A DNA stretch of 64,000 bases from an uncultured Chitinophagales bacterium (GTDB lineage: Bacteria > Bacteroidota > Rhodothermia > Balneolales > Natronogracilivirgulaceae): positions 18,658 through 82,657 of the forward strand of contig CAZDIA010000008.1 in the NCBI GenBank assembly GCA_964505385.1, in the 5' to 3' direction. The notes under the pieces were generated by a model, which was given only the letters and a program-made list of their open reading frames with translations, was not told the DNA's origin and searched no databases. The position numbers and the translations under genes were made by a program. Below, one piece after another: positions 51,698 to 63,500 of the stretch. Position 1 is the stretch's first letter, and every line of letters starts with the position of its first letter.

Positions 51698-54210
51698 TGG
51701 CGCGCAGAAAAAAAAGACGTTCCGAGCAAAAACCTGCATTGCCCAACGACTTCTGGGCTAATCTTCCAAAATCGAGACAGCATATCGTCTGTCTGCTTTT
51801 CCTGTTTATTCTGCCGGTATTAATGTTCCATGAGACAATTATCGGCGGCTATCAATATTTTGCTCACGATACTTTGCAGTGGCGGGCAGGAGCTGAATCA
51901 GCAATAGAATACCGTGAGTCAGAAAATGAAGAGCCTCTGTGGGTTCCTAATATGTTCGCCGGAATGCCGGCTTACGTAGTCACCTATGCCAAAGCCGTTC
52001 CTCATTTGGATCAGTTAGTATTTAATGCGCTCCGGCCTATTTTTCCCGCCGCCCCCTTCTGGATATTGCTCGGAGGGAGTTACCTGTTTCTTTGGCTGAT
52101 GGGATTCCGGCCCCTTGTGGCCGCTTTGGGGAGCGTGCTTGTCGGTTTCACTACCTATATCCCCATAATCATCGGAGCGGGACATAACACCAAGTTCCTG
52201 ACATACAGCTTTATTCCATGGATGCTTGCCGGTTACTGGATGATATCGCGCACCAACAGGATATGGCTGGCTTTTTTCCTGTTGACGATCGCTACAAATC
52301 TCGTGCTCAGATCAAATCATCCACAGGTACTCTATTTTTTCTTTTTTGTATTACTGATCTGGTGGATTTACGATCTGTCACAAGCCTGGCGAAATGGCGA
52401 ACTGCCTCCATTCGTCAAAAAATCCGTGTTGATCGGCTCTGCCGGATTACTTGCCCTTGTTGCAAATGCTGATGAATACTGGACTACGTTTGAATATACC
52501 CCCTATAGTACCCGTGGTGGCTCGGAAATAACTGAAGAAGCCGACGCGGGCTCCGGCCTTGATCCGGATTACGCTTTTGCCTGGTCTCAGGGACCGGGTG
52601 AGTTGCTCACTTTAATTATTCCGGAATCTTACGGTGGTGCTTCAGGAGAGGGCACTTATTGGGGGCCAAAGTCTTTTACCAGCGGACCACATTATTTCGG
52701 GGCTATCACCCTGCTTTTAATAGTGATTGCCCTGTTTAATGTTCGGGCCAGGCTGATGTATGTTTTCGGTGCCTCTGCACTGTTAACCATTCTGTTTTCG
52801 CTTGGAAAACACCTGGAGTGGTTTAACATGATTTTCTTCAACTACTTTCCTCTGTTCGATCGCTTTCGTGTGCCGGAGATGTGGCTAATGGTTTCAGTAT
52901 TTTGTGCCGCAATTGTAGCGCTTTACGGGTTGAATTGGCTCTATGAGCAATATGAAAACAACAAGCTTGATCTCAGTTCATTCTATGCCCCCGGCGGTAT
53001 TGTTCTGGCCATTGCTCTGATTTTCGCTGTTGGCTCAGGTCAGATTCTGAGTTTTGAAAAAGAAGGTGAGCGTGAACAAATCGCTATGCAAATTGCTCAA
53101 CAGCAACAAATGGATCCCCAGGACCCACAGGTGATGGAGCATGCTGAACGGGTTATTGCTGAACAATTTATACCGGCACGTGAAGAAAAAGCAGCTTCAG
53201 ACAGCCGCCGATTCCTGATTTTTGTACTGATCGGAGGCGGGCTTATTGCAGCCACACTTGCCGGAAAGCTGGCCGTAAGCTATGCCGCGGCCGGTATCCT
53301 GCTGCTTACCGCTGTTGATTTAATTCAGGTCGGAGAGCGCTACGCTGAAAAAGACGATCTGATTTCCGCTGATATTGAGCATACTCAAATTATCGAAGAT
53401 CGCATGACCTCTGCTGATGAGTTTATACGTGATAATGTATCATCTGATGAAGCATGGAGTTACAGGGGTTATCCACTTGCAAGCAATCCGTTTAACAATG
53501 CTGTACCCGCGTCATATCTCTATGAATCATTGGGTGGCTATTCCGGTGCCAAACTTCAGAATTTTCAGGATCTGGTGGATCATGCAATTAATCAAGATCC
53601 GCAACGGGCACCCGTACCCATTTTAAGCATGATGAATGTGCGCTATGTTACAGCGCAACAACAGTTGCAGGATCCCGCATTCGAACTGGTTCATCAACAA
53701 CAGGATGGCATTGTATTCGAAAATACCGAGGTTCTTCCGCGTACCTTTTTCGTAGATGAGATAGAATATGCCGGCTCGCCACGTGAGGCTATGAACGCCA
53801 TAAACCGGGACGGTTTCGATCCCTCTGAGCTCGCAATTCTTCAAACCGATAATGAGATAACTATCGATCCCGAGGCTCAGCCTGCTTCAGAAGTTACACG
53901 ATTGGATAACCGCAATATCGAAGTGGATATTGAATCCGACGGTGACGCTTTTATGGTACTCAGCGAAGTTTATTACCCTGCCGGATGGAATGCCGAGCTC
54001 GACGGGGAACCCATAGATATCGAGCGAACCAACTTCCTGCTGCGTGGCTTTCAAATACCCGAAGGGTCCCATACTCTTACTCTGAGGCTGGAACCCGCGT
54101 CACACATTTGGGGAGGTCGGCTCTCCTGGATCTTCAACATATTTATATTGTTGATTGGCGGTGTAGCCGCCTACCAGGAGTGGAACAGACGTAAGCAGCA
54201 GGAAAATTAA
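51697..54210 (+). CDS. YfhO-family polytopic membrane protein (putative glycosyltransferase)
   Basis: 837 aa. Many TM helices in the N-terminal 550 aa, a large C-terminal extracytoplasmic domain and a terminal TM segment. The start overlaps the gatC stop (TAATG). Confidence 0.8.
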   Translation: MARRKKRRSEQKPALPNDFWANLPKSRQHIVCLLFLFILPVLMFHETIIGGYQYFAHDTLQWRAGAESAIEYRESENEEPLWVPNMFAGMPAYVVTYAKAVPHLDQLVFNALRPIFPAAPFWILLGGSYLFLWLMGFRPLVAALGSVLVGFTTYIPIIIGAGHNTKFLTYSFIPWMLAGYWMISRTNRIWLAFFLLTIATNLVLRSNHPQVLYFFFFVLLIWWIYDLSQAWRNGELPPFVKKSVLIGSAGLLALVANADEYWTTFEYTPYSTRGGSEITEEADAGSGLDPDYAFAWSQGPGELLTLIIPESYGGASGEGTYWGPKSFTSGPHYFGAITLLLIVIALFNVRARLMYVFGASALLTILFSLGKHLEWFNMIFFNYFPLFDRFRVPEMWLMVSVFCAAIVALYGLNWLYEQYENNKLDLSSFYAPGGIVLAIALIFAVGSGQILSFEKEGEREQIAMQIAQQQQMDPQDPQVMEHAERVIAEQFIPAREEKAASDSRRFLIFVLIGGGLIAATLAGKLAVSYAAAGILLLTAVDLIQVGERYAEKDDLISADIEHTQIIEDRMTSADEFIRDNVSSDEAWSYRGYPLASNPFNNAVPASYLYESLGGYSGAKLQNFQDLVDHAINQDPQRAPVPILSMMNVRYVTAQQQLQDPAFELVHQQQDGIVFENTEVLPRTFFVDEIEYAGSPREAMNAINRDGFDPSELAILQTDNEITIDPEAQPASEVTRLDNRNIEVDIESDGDAFMVLSEVYYPAGWNAELDGEPIDIERTNFLLRGFQIPEGSHTLTLRLEPASHIWGGRLSWIFNIFILLIGGVAAYQEWNRRKQQEN

Positions 54211-54231
54211 AATCCAAATCATAGATTGATT

Positions 54232-54402
54232 GGGATGGTATGCGATAGCATTTTGCATCCCATACCGTTTGTCAGGAATTTTTCGCACCTGCAGGAAGTT
54301 TCACCACCACGGTGACACCACGGACACAAAGAAAGAATCATTTTTAATAAAACGTAGTGCTATTTGCGCCTTCTTTGTACCCTTTGCGGTTAGAAAAATT
54401 CG
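54232..54402 (-). repeat. Intergenic repeat family, copy B (inverted orientation)
   Basis: The reverse complement aligns with copies A and C, sharing AGCACTACGTTTTATTAAAAATGATT exactly with A and GGTGGTGAAACTTCCTGCAGGT with C. It lacks 9 nt that A and C have. It lies between convergent yfhO and leuS. Confidence 0.8.
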
Positions 54403-54424
54403 ATTCGAACTCAGGTTATCAATT

Positions 54425-57028
54425 TCACTTGACTACAAGATTTACAATCTTTCCGGGAACAAATATTTCTTTAACCAGTTGCCCCTCATCGATATATTTA
54501 CTTACTGATTGCTGCTTTTTAGCCTCACTCAATACATATTCTTTGTCTTCAGCATTTTCAGCAGGAACTTCAATCTGCCCACGAACCTTGCCGTTTACTT
54601 GTACCGCATAGACTTTTGTATCGGTCTGAAGCCATTTTTCGTCATATTCCGGCCAGCTTTCATAAGCCAGAGTACTGCTCTCACCAAGTTTTTGCCAAAG
54701 CTCTTCTGAAATGTGAGGAGCATAAGGTGACAGTAACAATACAAATGTTTTTAATACGGATACAGGCCGATCTTCCCATTTCAAAGCTTCATTATTAAAA
54801 ACCATAAGCGCAGAAATGGCCGTATTAAAACGCAATCCCTCAATATCTTCAGTAACTTTTTTTATTGTTTGATGCAGCAGGCGCATCTGATCCTTCGAAG
54901 GTTCGACATCCTTAACCTCGGAATTCAAATCCCCGCTTTGTTCATCAATAAACATGTTCCAAACCCTGCGCAGAAACCGGTATACGCCTTCTACACCCTG
55001 CATACTCCAGGGTTTTACCTGCTCCAGGGGTCCCATAAACATCTCATAAAGGCGCAGCGAGTCGGCTCCGTATTTTTGGATGATGTCATCAGGGTTAATA
55101 ACATTACCACGGGATTTCGACATTTTGTGAGATCTGGCTTCCACCGTAACCTCGGTGCCTTTGATCACAAAATCGTTGCCCTTTTTCTCGACCTGCTCTT
55201 CAGTCAGGCTTTCCTTTTCAAATTCGTCCGAATCCGACACTTGTTCAACCGGTACATACTGACCATTCTTTTTAAAAGCGTTGAACTCCATTTCCCCCAG
55301 GATCATCCCCTGATTGACCAATCGTTGAAAAGGCTCATTGGTGCTCACAACACCGATATCATAAAGTACCTTATGCCAGAACCTTGCATATAACAAATGC
55401 AACACCGCATGTTCCGCGCCTCCGACATATAAATCCACCGGCATCCATGTTTTCTCCAACTCCGGATCTACCGGTGCTTTATCATACTGAGGGCTGATAT
55501 ACCGGAGATAGTACCAGCATGACCCGGCCCACTGAGGCATGGTATTGGTTTCGCGTTTAGCAGGTTTGCCTGTTTCAGGATCGGTTGTGTTTACCCACTC
55601 CTCAATATTAGCAAGGGGAGATTCACCGGTTCCGCTTGGTTTGTAAGTGTCCACCTCCGGAAGGAGCACCGGTAACTCTTCTTCAGGCACAGGCTTGGGC
55701 TCTCCATCCACATGAATTATCGGTATGGGTTCACCCCAGTAACGCTGACGTGAAAAAAGCCAGTCGCGAAGTTTATAGGTAATACTGTATTTTCCGAATC
55801 CCTTTTCCTGCAACCAATCGGTTATGCGTTTTTTTGCTTCATCGACCGGCAACCCATTGATAGAAACCTCATCATTGGCAGAGTTGACCACTTCACCTTC
55901 TTCGGTGTCGGTATATGCTCCTTTTTCAATATCTCCGCCCTTGACCACCTCTACGATGGGCAGATTAAAATCCATGGCAAACTCCCAGTCACGTTCATCA
56001 TGCCCCGGCACAGCCATAATAGCGCCGGTACCGTAACCTGTAAGCACATAATCGGCAATCCAAACCGGGATTTGCTTCTTGGTACCCGGGTTATACGCAT
56101 ATCCTCCGGTGAACACTCCCGTCTTACTTTTGCTCAACTCGGTACGATCCAGTTCTGACTTTCGGGCAGCCTGTTCTTTGTAATCTTCTACTTTTTGCCT
56201 GTTTTCATCTGTGGTGATTTTATCCACCAACTCATGTTCCGGAGCAAGTACCATGTAGGTTGCACCAAACAGAGTATCCGGCCGGGTTGTAAATACGTCA
56301 ATATACTCGTCATACCCTTCTACAGGAAAGCTGATCTCAGCGCCTTCCGACTTCCCAATCCAGTTTCGCTGCATATCTTTGATTGACTCCGGCCAATCCA
56401 GATCATCGAGATCCTTTAAAAGTCGTTCAGCATATTCTGTAATTTTTAACATCCACTGCCGCATAGGCTTGCGGATTACCGGATAACCACCGACTTCACT
56501 CTTACCGTCAATAACTTCTTCATTGGCGAGAACGGTACCCAAATCGGGGCACCAATTCACCGGCACATCTGCCTGGTAAGCCAATCCCTGCTTGAATAAC
56601 TGCAAAAAGATCCACTGCGTCCATTTATAATATTCCGGGTCGGTAGTATCCACTTCACGATCCCAGTCGTAGCTGAAGCCGATAGCCTGCAGCTGTCGGC
56701 GAAAATGATCAATATTAGCTTTTGTAGTAGTTCGGGGGTGGGTTCCGGTTTTTACCGCATATTGTTCGGCGGGCAGACCGAACGCGTCCCACCCGATAGG
56801 ATGCAAGACGTTATATCCATTCATCCGCTTGTAGCGTGCAATGATATCGGTAGCGGTGTATCCCTCCGGGTGGCCGACATGCAAACCGCTACTGCTTGGA
56901 TATGGAAACATATCCAGCACATAATATTTTGGCCGGTTAGTGTCTGCCGCATCCGTGTTAAATACTTTATTTTCTATCCAGTGTTTTTGCCACTTTTTTT
57001 CGATTTCAGCCGGTTTATATTCGCTCAT
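54425..57028 (-). CDS. leuS: leucine--tRNA ligase
   Basis: 867 aa. HVGHPEGY (HIGH) and KMSKSRGN (KMSKS) motifs; full-length LeuS-like sequence. Confidence 0.97.
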   Translation of the reverse strand: MSEYKPAEIEKKWQKHWIENKVFNTDAADTNRPKYYVLDMFPYPSSSGLHVGHPEGYTATDIIARYKRMNGYNVLHPIGWDAFGLPAEQYAVKTGTHPRTTTKANIDHFRRQLQAIGFSYDWDREVDTTDPEYYKWTQWIFLQLFKQGLAYQADVPVNWCPDLGTVLANEEVIDGKSEVGGYPVIRKPMRQWMLKITEYAERLLKDLDDLDWPESIKDMQRNWIGKSEGAEISFPVEGYDEYIDVFTTRPDTLFGATYMVLAPEHELVDKITTDENRQKVEDYKEQAARKSELDRTELSKSKTGVFTGGYAYNPGTKKQIPVWIADYVLTGYGTGAIMAVPGHDERDWEFAMDFNLPIVEVVKGGDIEKGAYTDTEEGEVVNSANDEVSINGLPVDEAKKRITDWLQEKGFGKYSITYKLRDWLFSRQRYWGEPIPIIHVDGEPKPVPEEELPVLLPEVDTYKPSGTGESPLANIEEWVNTTDPETGKPAKRETNTMPQWAGSCWYYLRYISPQYDKAPVDPELEKTWMPVDLYVGGAEHAVLHLLYARFWHKVLYDIGVVSTNEPFQRLVNQGMILGEMEFNAFKKNGQYVPVEQVSDSDEFEKESLTEEQVEKKGNDFVIKGTEVTVEARSHKMSKSRGNVINPDDIIQKYGADSLRLYEMFMGPLEQVKPWSMQGVEGVYRFLRRVWNMFIDEQSGDLNSEVKDVEPSKDQMRLLHQTIKKVTEDIEGLRFNTAISALMVFNNEALKWEDRPVSVLKTFVLLLSPYAPHISEELWQKLGESSTLAYESWPEYDEKWLQTDTKVYAVQVNGKVRGQIEVPAENAEDKEYVLSEAKKQQSVSKYIDEGQLVKEIFVPGKIVNLVVK

Positions 57029-57280
57029 TCCAGTTTTTCGGAACCTTTTTTATAGTTGATTAAATATTGTCATTAAGTCTGCAAAGATAAGGTAAATACA
57101 GCATAGCTGCATTTGCAGATTGATAATTTATATCAGTAGAATAGTGCAGGCAAATTCTGAAATCCAGGCGTTCTTACTGATAACCTTAGTTCGATTTTAA
57201 TCACCAGATTTTTGTAATTATCTGCGCATAAGTATATACTATGATTGCTTATGCCAATATGTCTGCTTTTTTTTTATTTT

Positions 57281-57500
57281 GTTGAAACTTTTTTAAACCA
57301 TAACGGACACAAAGAAGGCACAACGAGCACTATGTTTTATTAAAAATGATTCTTTCTTTTTGTCCGTGGCGTCTCCGTTGTGCTCGTGGTGGTGAAATTT
57401 CCTGCAGGTACGAAAAATTCCCGGCCTACGGTAGGCTACAAGTGCAATAAGTAAAATCTTGACAATTACTTAAATCCAGAATAATTAAAAAATCAATCGA
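57281..57500 (+). repeat. Intergenic repeat family, copy C (canonical orientation)
   Basis: Aligns with 7170-7391 over about 220 nt and with the reverse complement of 54232-54402. It ends about 14 nt from the sprA stop codon. Confidence 0.8.
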
Positions 57501-57513
57501 ACTCAGGTTGATA

Positions 57514-60500
57514 TTAATTTGATCTGATATTGACTACTACGTTAAACCGGAAATCCTGATCCGTTCTGGGGAATACATTACTTGATTCAGGCAACAGCCG
57601 GTTATAGGTATACTCAAAGTTTACAGTAATGGTCTGGGAAAACTGATATCCTATGGAAGGCTGAATATTGATTCGCGTGTCTCCCTGCCGCTCTGGATCA
57701 GGCGGTGTGTGAGCACCGGGGTCTCTGTCAATTTCATCAAGTGGTTCTCCCAGTACGCCCTCAAGATCCTGATTCAGACGGTAGGTAAAGGTCATGTCTT
57801 CGAAATAGCTAAAACTTAATCCGAGATCAATCTGATTTTCGAAACGGCGCAAGAACGGCAGGGTAAACCCGCTTTGACTGAAATTCGCCGAAAGCCTGAT
57901 ACCACGTGATACCTGCTCCCTCACATTGTTGTTTGAGAAGCTAAGGCTAACAGATTCACTGTGCTCATAATCAATGTTGGTTCGTAATCCGCTGGTCCAG
58001 TTAAGGCTAAGACCCACTAACGGAGAGAATCTTCGTTCCAGATTAAGAGAACTGGGATCATAATCCGACCGGAAGGTGTTAACGCTTATATTGCCAATGT
58101 TTCTTGATACTTCTTCTCCGGCATCCTGATGTAATCTCCAACCCATTTGCAGCCGTCCGTTATAGGAATGATTTATGGATGCTGAAGATAAATAATCCTG
58201 AATAAACGGAATATGATTTTCAAGTCCGGACCAGTTAAGATTCCAGTTCGGCATAGGAAAAGCGATATAATCCAAACGCCCGAGTCTGGCTCCGCTGAAC
58301 ATCATGTAGGCATCCCGGAAATCATCATTTAGCCCTCCCGATCGCAATATCGCTTCACCGGGTTCAGGCTGATTGATCTCCCCGTTTTCCAAATCACGAA
58401 AGGCGCGGGAGAGCTGACTTCTGAATAATTCTTCATATCCTGGCCCAAATGCCCATATACTTGAGGATACATTACCGGATTCATCAAATTCAGTAGAAAT
58501 ATCATCAACCGTTACCGTATGATTTTCGGTGATTGTTTCATCCCAGGTAGTACCCCAATCAAGGTCCACGCGAATGTTTTCGAAAGGTTGGATTCCGGAA
58601 CGGACAGAGAGGTCGTCCGTAGTGGTGCGCCGTTCTTCAAAATCAATAATTTGATCCGGATCATCCGGGCGGGCCATCTGTGTGATAGGTATCTCATGCG
58701 TAAATCCCATGCGATAGGCTAAAGGTGGAGAGAATTCGGCATCGGTTTCATCATTAAACATATGATAAATCCTGGTACCTCCGGTGTAGCCGGGCCTTAC
58801 CGAGTTAACCGAAGTGCTGTAACTCACATTGATGTCTCTCAAACTAAACAGACTTAATAAAACCCGACGGCCGATTTGCAGTATAGTTTCGCCCGGTTCT
58901 CTTTCAGGCATTTCAGCTTCCAGCGCTTCAAGCTCTTCCTCGTCATCGGTTTCCTCCATCTCCTCTCTGATGCGATCACGCTCATCCCTTCGCTGTTGAC
59001 GATCGGCCTGAGCTGCATCACTGGCATCCTGCAAGCTTTCATAATACGGAATACGCTCAAACAGATTCTGAGTCCGAATTACCGGATCATGATCAAGAGT
59101 AATGCTGTTACTTATATCAGCGCCGAGTCCGGAGCCTTCCGGCCGGTTCTCCCAGCTGAATGATCCGCGGTAGGACGCATCATATTGAAACCAATCCATG
59201 TAGCGGATGTTATCGATATTCGGGCTCCAATTAGCGCTGTAACTCTCATCATAATCGGAACGCCTCGGAGAAATATCATCATCAAAAAGAATATCCTCGA
59301 AAACTTCAAAGGATGAACGTGTTCGAAAAATATCAATATCTTCAAAGTCCTCAACGGCAATGCTTGCCAGGTCGAGTGATGAACTACTACTGAATTGTGT
59401 GGTAAGGGTTCTTGTAAGGCTGTAATTAAATCCAAAATCGGTAGATAATCGAAATGAGTGTGATTGCTCTACATCGAAGGGGTCTTCGCCTTCAAAATGT
59501 CGTTGCTGTCGTTCGGAATAATCTCTTCTGAGGCTGGCGCCGGCATTAAACGAGCTGGGAAGATATGCAAAACCCACATCCGAAAACATGCCAAAAATCG
59601 GCCATCCTTCAAACATTGAAAACGGGTGGAGCCGGTTGATTTCCGGTATACTTAAATCATAATCTCCGGAAAACTGGTAATTCCAGCTGTCATTAAAGAG
59701 ATGGCGGTCGCTTCGGGCTTCATCGATATTATACCGGTACGACAGGCGAATATTGTCCAGTGTATATTGCAATACAGGTGACTGAGAATTACTCTTAGAG
59801 ATACCCGATAAGCCAATTGAATAGCTGTTTTCAACCGTTCTTATCTGATCAAGCATAGAGTCAATTTCTTCATCCTGCTCATCTTCGGGTAAATCACTCG
59901 CCCTGACGGCATCTTCAAAATCTGAAAACCGGATATCACCTTCCTGCGGCAAATACCGTGGTGTGACGGTTCGCCGTGTTCCGGACAGTGATAGAGGAAT
60001 GTTCCAGCCATAACGTTCCGGCAGGAAGCGATGTAAATTCATATCAGAGGAGAGTCGGTACGAAGTCATATCGCTGGTGCGTCTATCACCCAAGCCGGAG
60101 TCAAGTGCACCAAAACCGTCGGTTTCTTGATTATACCGGGCATTAACCGTGGCAAAGTCCGCCATATCGATCCTTGCGCTTACATTTGCAGCCCATCCAT
60201 CATCATCATCAAAGCCGGATACCCGTAATTCGTTAACCCATAATTCGGCATCAAGAGAAGGAACGCCTCTGCCGGTTTCTTCACCATGCGGATTGCGCAC
60301 TCCTATAGCAACTTCATTTACTCCAACCAGTGAAGGATTCCCTTTTATGGCAATCTCTGCACCGGGTGCAGCATCTTCAAGCAGATCATCCCTCAAATAG
60401 AGTTCACTCTCATCGAAATCATCCAAATCACGGGCTTGCTTTAAGGCATTCAGTGATGAAAGTACAATGTTGACATTATTGGAATCGGGCATCCAAACGC

Positions 60501-63500
60501 GCTCGGCTTCTTCTTGTTCCGTGGCACTGTCAAGACTTTCTCCATCCTCACCTCTAACCCGTTGAAACTGATAATCCGGATCAGTGGGGCTGACCGGCTG
60601 TCGATATTCGTAATAATCATTTTCCAGATCATTACCGAACCGAAGTACTAACTGTACATCTTCCCGATCCTCATAACCTTCGCCGTGCACAAACATTCTT
60701 AAGTTACTGTAATTCAGTAAGTCAAGTGCATCACTGTAGCTGCGGCGAATAAAACGGATATCACCGGATTGTAAATTTTCCACATTTAGTTGGAGCGACT
60801 GCTCATTACCTCTTGTCTGCTCCTGAGAGGTACGATCACGAGGGCGAATCGCACCTATAGGTGAACGATAAGGTATTGGCTGCCGGTTGGCATTCTCTTC
60901 AATATTTATCGTGGTGATTTGAAAATCGGTATCATCAAAATCCAGTTCATTCAAATCCGGCTCGATCTGCCACTGATTACCCACAAGCTCCATACTTGCA
61001 AACCGCATCGTAAACGGTTCGCTATAACCGCTCATCCACATTCTGATGTGGCTTACCCGCTCCAGGTCATCGATATTACCAACCCTTCTTTCGTATTCAT
61101 CAAGCGGTATACGTACAAGATACCATCTGTCAGTAGGAGTCGGGCCATCAACTTTATCAACAATATTGCTCTCACCAATGCTCAGTGAAGTAGAATCGGC
61201 CGGATTAAAGTTTATCTGATATTGAAAGTGTGAATCATCGGTGTTCAGCCGGGCTGAGTTTAGAAGACCTTCGGTATTGGGGCGATTGGTAACAGGGCGT
61301 CTGTCTCCGGCTGACAGCGCGTTGCCTTCATAATATCCATTCATGCGGTGAAATCGTTCGGGCAAAGGTTTGTCAGAAACGGCTGCTTCCTCAAAATATA
61401 CGAAATTGTCGTTGGATGGGTCCTGCTGGATCCGTTCAAGCATCTCAGGGTCATCTTCATAAACCTCTTCCATGCGATCAAGAAAATCAGCAAACAGATT
61501 CTGTTCACTGAACTCTCCATCTCCTGAAGTTGCTCCATCCAAACCCACATTGTCAATATCGATAGTTTCTGTTGTAAACTGACCGGTAAAATCTCTCTGG
61601 CGTACTACGTAAGAGCGGCCTTGCGGGCCAACTTCCACATTATTTCTGTCCATTGCTCGTGCGAGGCCATCCTCAGAGTTAATAATTCCCGATGCCATCA
61701 CATCTTCATTAACAGAGCCGAGATCGATATATATATTGCCGTCGTAGTTTTCAAGGTCCATGCCGGAGCCTTCCCTGCCTTCCGGAAGAACCGGCTGCAC
61801 CCAAAACTCCAGAAATTCGATGTTATCCCTGCGTAAATTATCCTGGCCGCTGGCGAGAGTTGTAGTCATTCCACCCCACATATCTTCGCGGCGATTTTCC
61901 AGTAAATCCCTTAAATCATGGTTATAGTTATATGGCCCCCGCTCGTGCGGATTATAGTAGACATCCAAAGTTTCCAGGCGGTCTTCGCCGCGTTCCACAT
62001 CTCTGTTAGGGAATACGTCGTGTACCGAAACCGGCCGGGTTTCGGGATAGTCAGCAGGGTTCACTCCGGTAAGCCGTTCAGTAGCCCGCGGTACGGTGTA
62101 CCAGGAGAATTGGGCGCGCATGTCAGAGCGTTCACCATGAGCATCCAGCCCGGACTCAGGATTATCAACATCCTGATCATAACCCGGAATCCCGAGCGGC
62201 GCTGCGGCCAGATTCCACCGTCCGGCACGTGAAATATCTATGTTTCTCCTTGATCCTTCAAAGTGGTCAATATATGATATACCTCTTTCTTCATCCGGAA
62301 ACAACTCACCATCATCTATGGCTCTTTGAACAGCAGGCGGCTGCGATACTCCGGGCCGAAGTTGGGCAAACTCACCACTAACAGAAATACGTGACTCTTC
62401 GCGCGTTGAGAGAATCGGCAACCAGTCTAATGCGCGGGTTATCCAGGGAGCTTCAAATTCAGCATCACCGTCAAAACCGATAACTGAACTGCTGATTGGT
62501 TCATCTCCAACCATCAACTTATCTTGATTGGGCCGTTCACTCAAAGCGAAATATATACCTCCCAATTGAATGTTTTCGGATACATCATAATCGGCGCGCA
62601 AACCGGCAAAAGTTGTTTGCTGAATCTGAACAGCCTGCTGATTTTCATAATCGATTTCAATATCCTGGCCGGGCTCCAGATATCGTTCATTGGTGATGAT
62701 GATGTTACCAACCGAGTAATCAACCTCGTAGTCTGTGCCCTCAGTAAGCTCTACTCCGTCGGCACTCACTGATACAGAACCTTCGACAAGCGCATAGCCA
62801 AGATTATAGCTTTCCTGCACTCCACCACGAGTAGTTCCCAGAATTCGATAGTTATTATCCCGGGATCGATTACGTGCATTACTGACCGATTCCTCATATA
62901 ATTCAGGGAAAGCATACCGATCTATCGCTTCTTCTACCTCAGCCGCCGGCAGGTCGCTTTCCTCATATAATTCCTTTATACGCTCGCCGAAAGGCTCCAG
63001 ATAAGGGAATATGATGCGGCCGTTTTGCGCATCCAGAGTACCGGTTCCAAAGTCCAATTCATTGTTAGGGCCCGGTTCTCCTTCACTGTTTACGCGGTCT
63101 AAACCAAGGTCTCTGAGCAATCTGTTTCCCAGGCTTGGCAGGTTTGTCTGATCAGTATTGCCACCGGTATAGTATAAATCTATGTCGATATCATCAGGCC
63201 TGAGATCTGTAGCATTAAGCGAATAGACATTGCGCATCATTAAGTCCCAGGCATCGCTTGAGGTGCTTAAGTTTGATGGTCGCAGTAACTTAAGAAAAAT
63301 ACGATCACTTCCGCCTTCATTTACATCGCCAACATTTATAATTTCGCCATCACTGCGGTGAGCAAATGAAACAGCTACGGCCTGCCGGTCTGATATACTG
63401 CGCTCCAATGAGATATAGCCGCGTGAAGCATCAAAGGTATAATCCTCTCCCTCTTGTAGAGGTTTGAAATAACCCTCCTCAAATTCATCACTTTCCACAC

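Noticed and set aside
54230-54508. Possible small protein encoded by the repeat family (frame ...YR.SG...TCRKFHHH..GD.TD..K.SFLIK.SA.CAFFV... is open in all three copies, and the indel is 9 nt)
   Set aside because: Only copy B has a start codon. Copies A and C have in-frame stops upstream and no ATG/GTG/TTG. A-versus-C differences are mostly non-synonymous and not biased to third positions. The B ORF continues as an antisense read of leuS. It is more likely a non-coding element, but the in-frame indel is noted.
57029-57120. leuS promoter/leader (TATCTTTG box on the minus strand at 57082-57089 inside an 8-bp-stem hairpin TCTGCAAA...TTTGCAGA)
   Set aside because: The -7-like box lacks a convincing upstream TTG element at the expected spacing, and the hairpin is unsupported by any comparison. 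The evidence is too weak to list as a feature.
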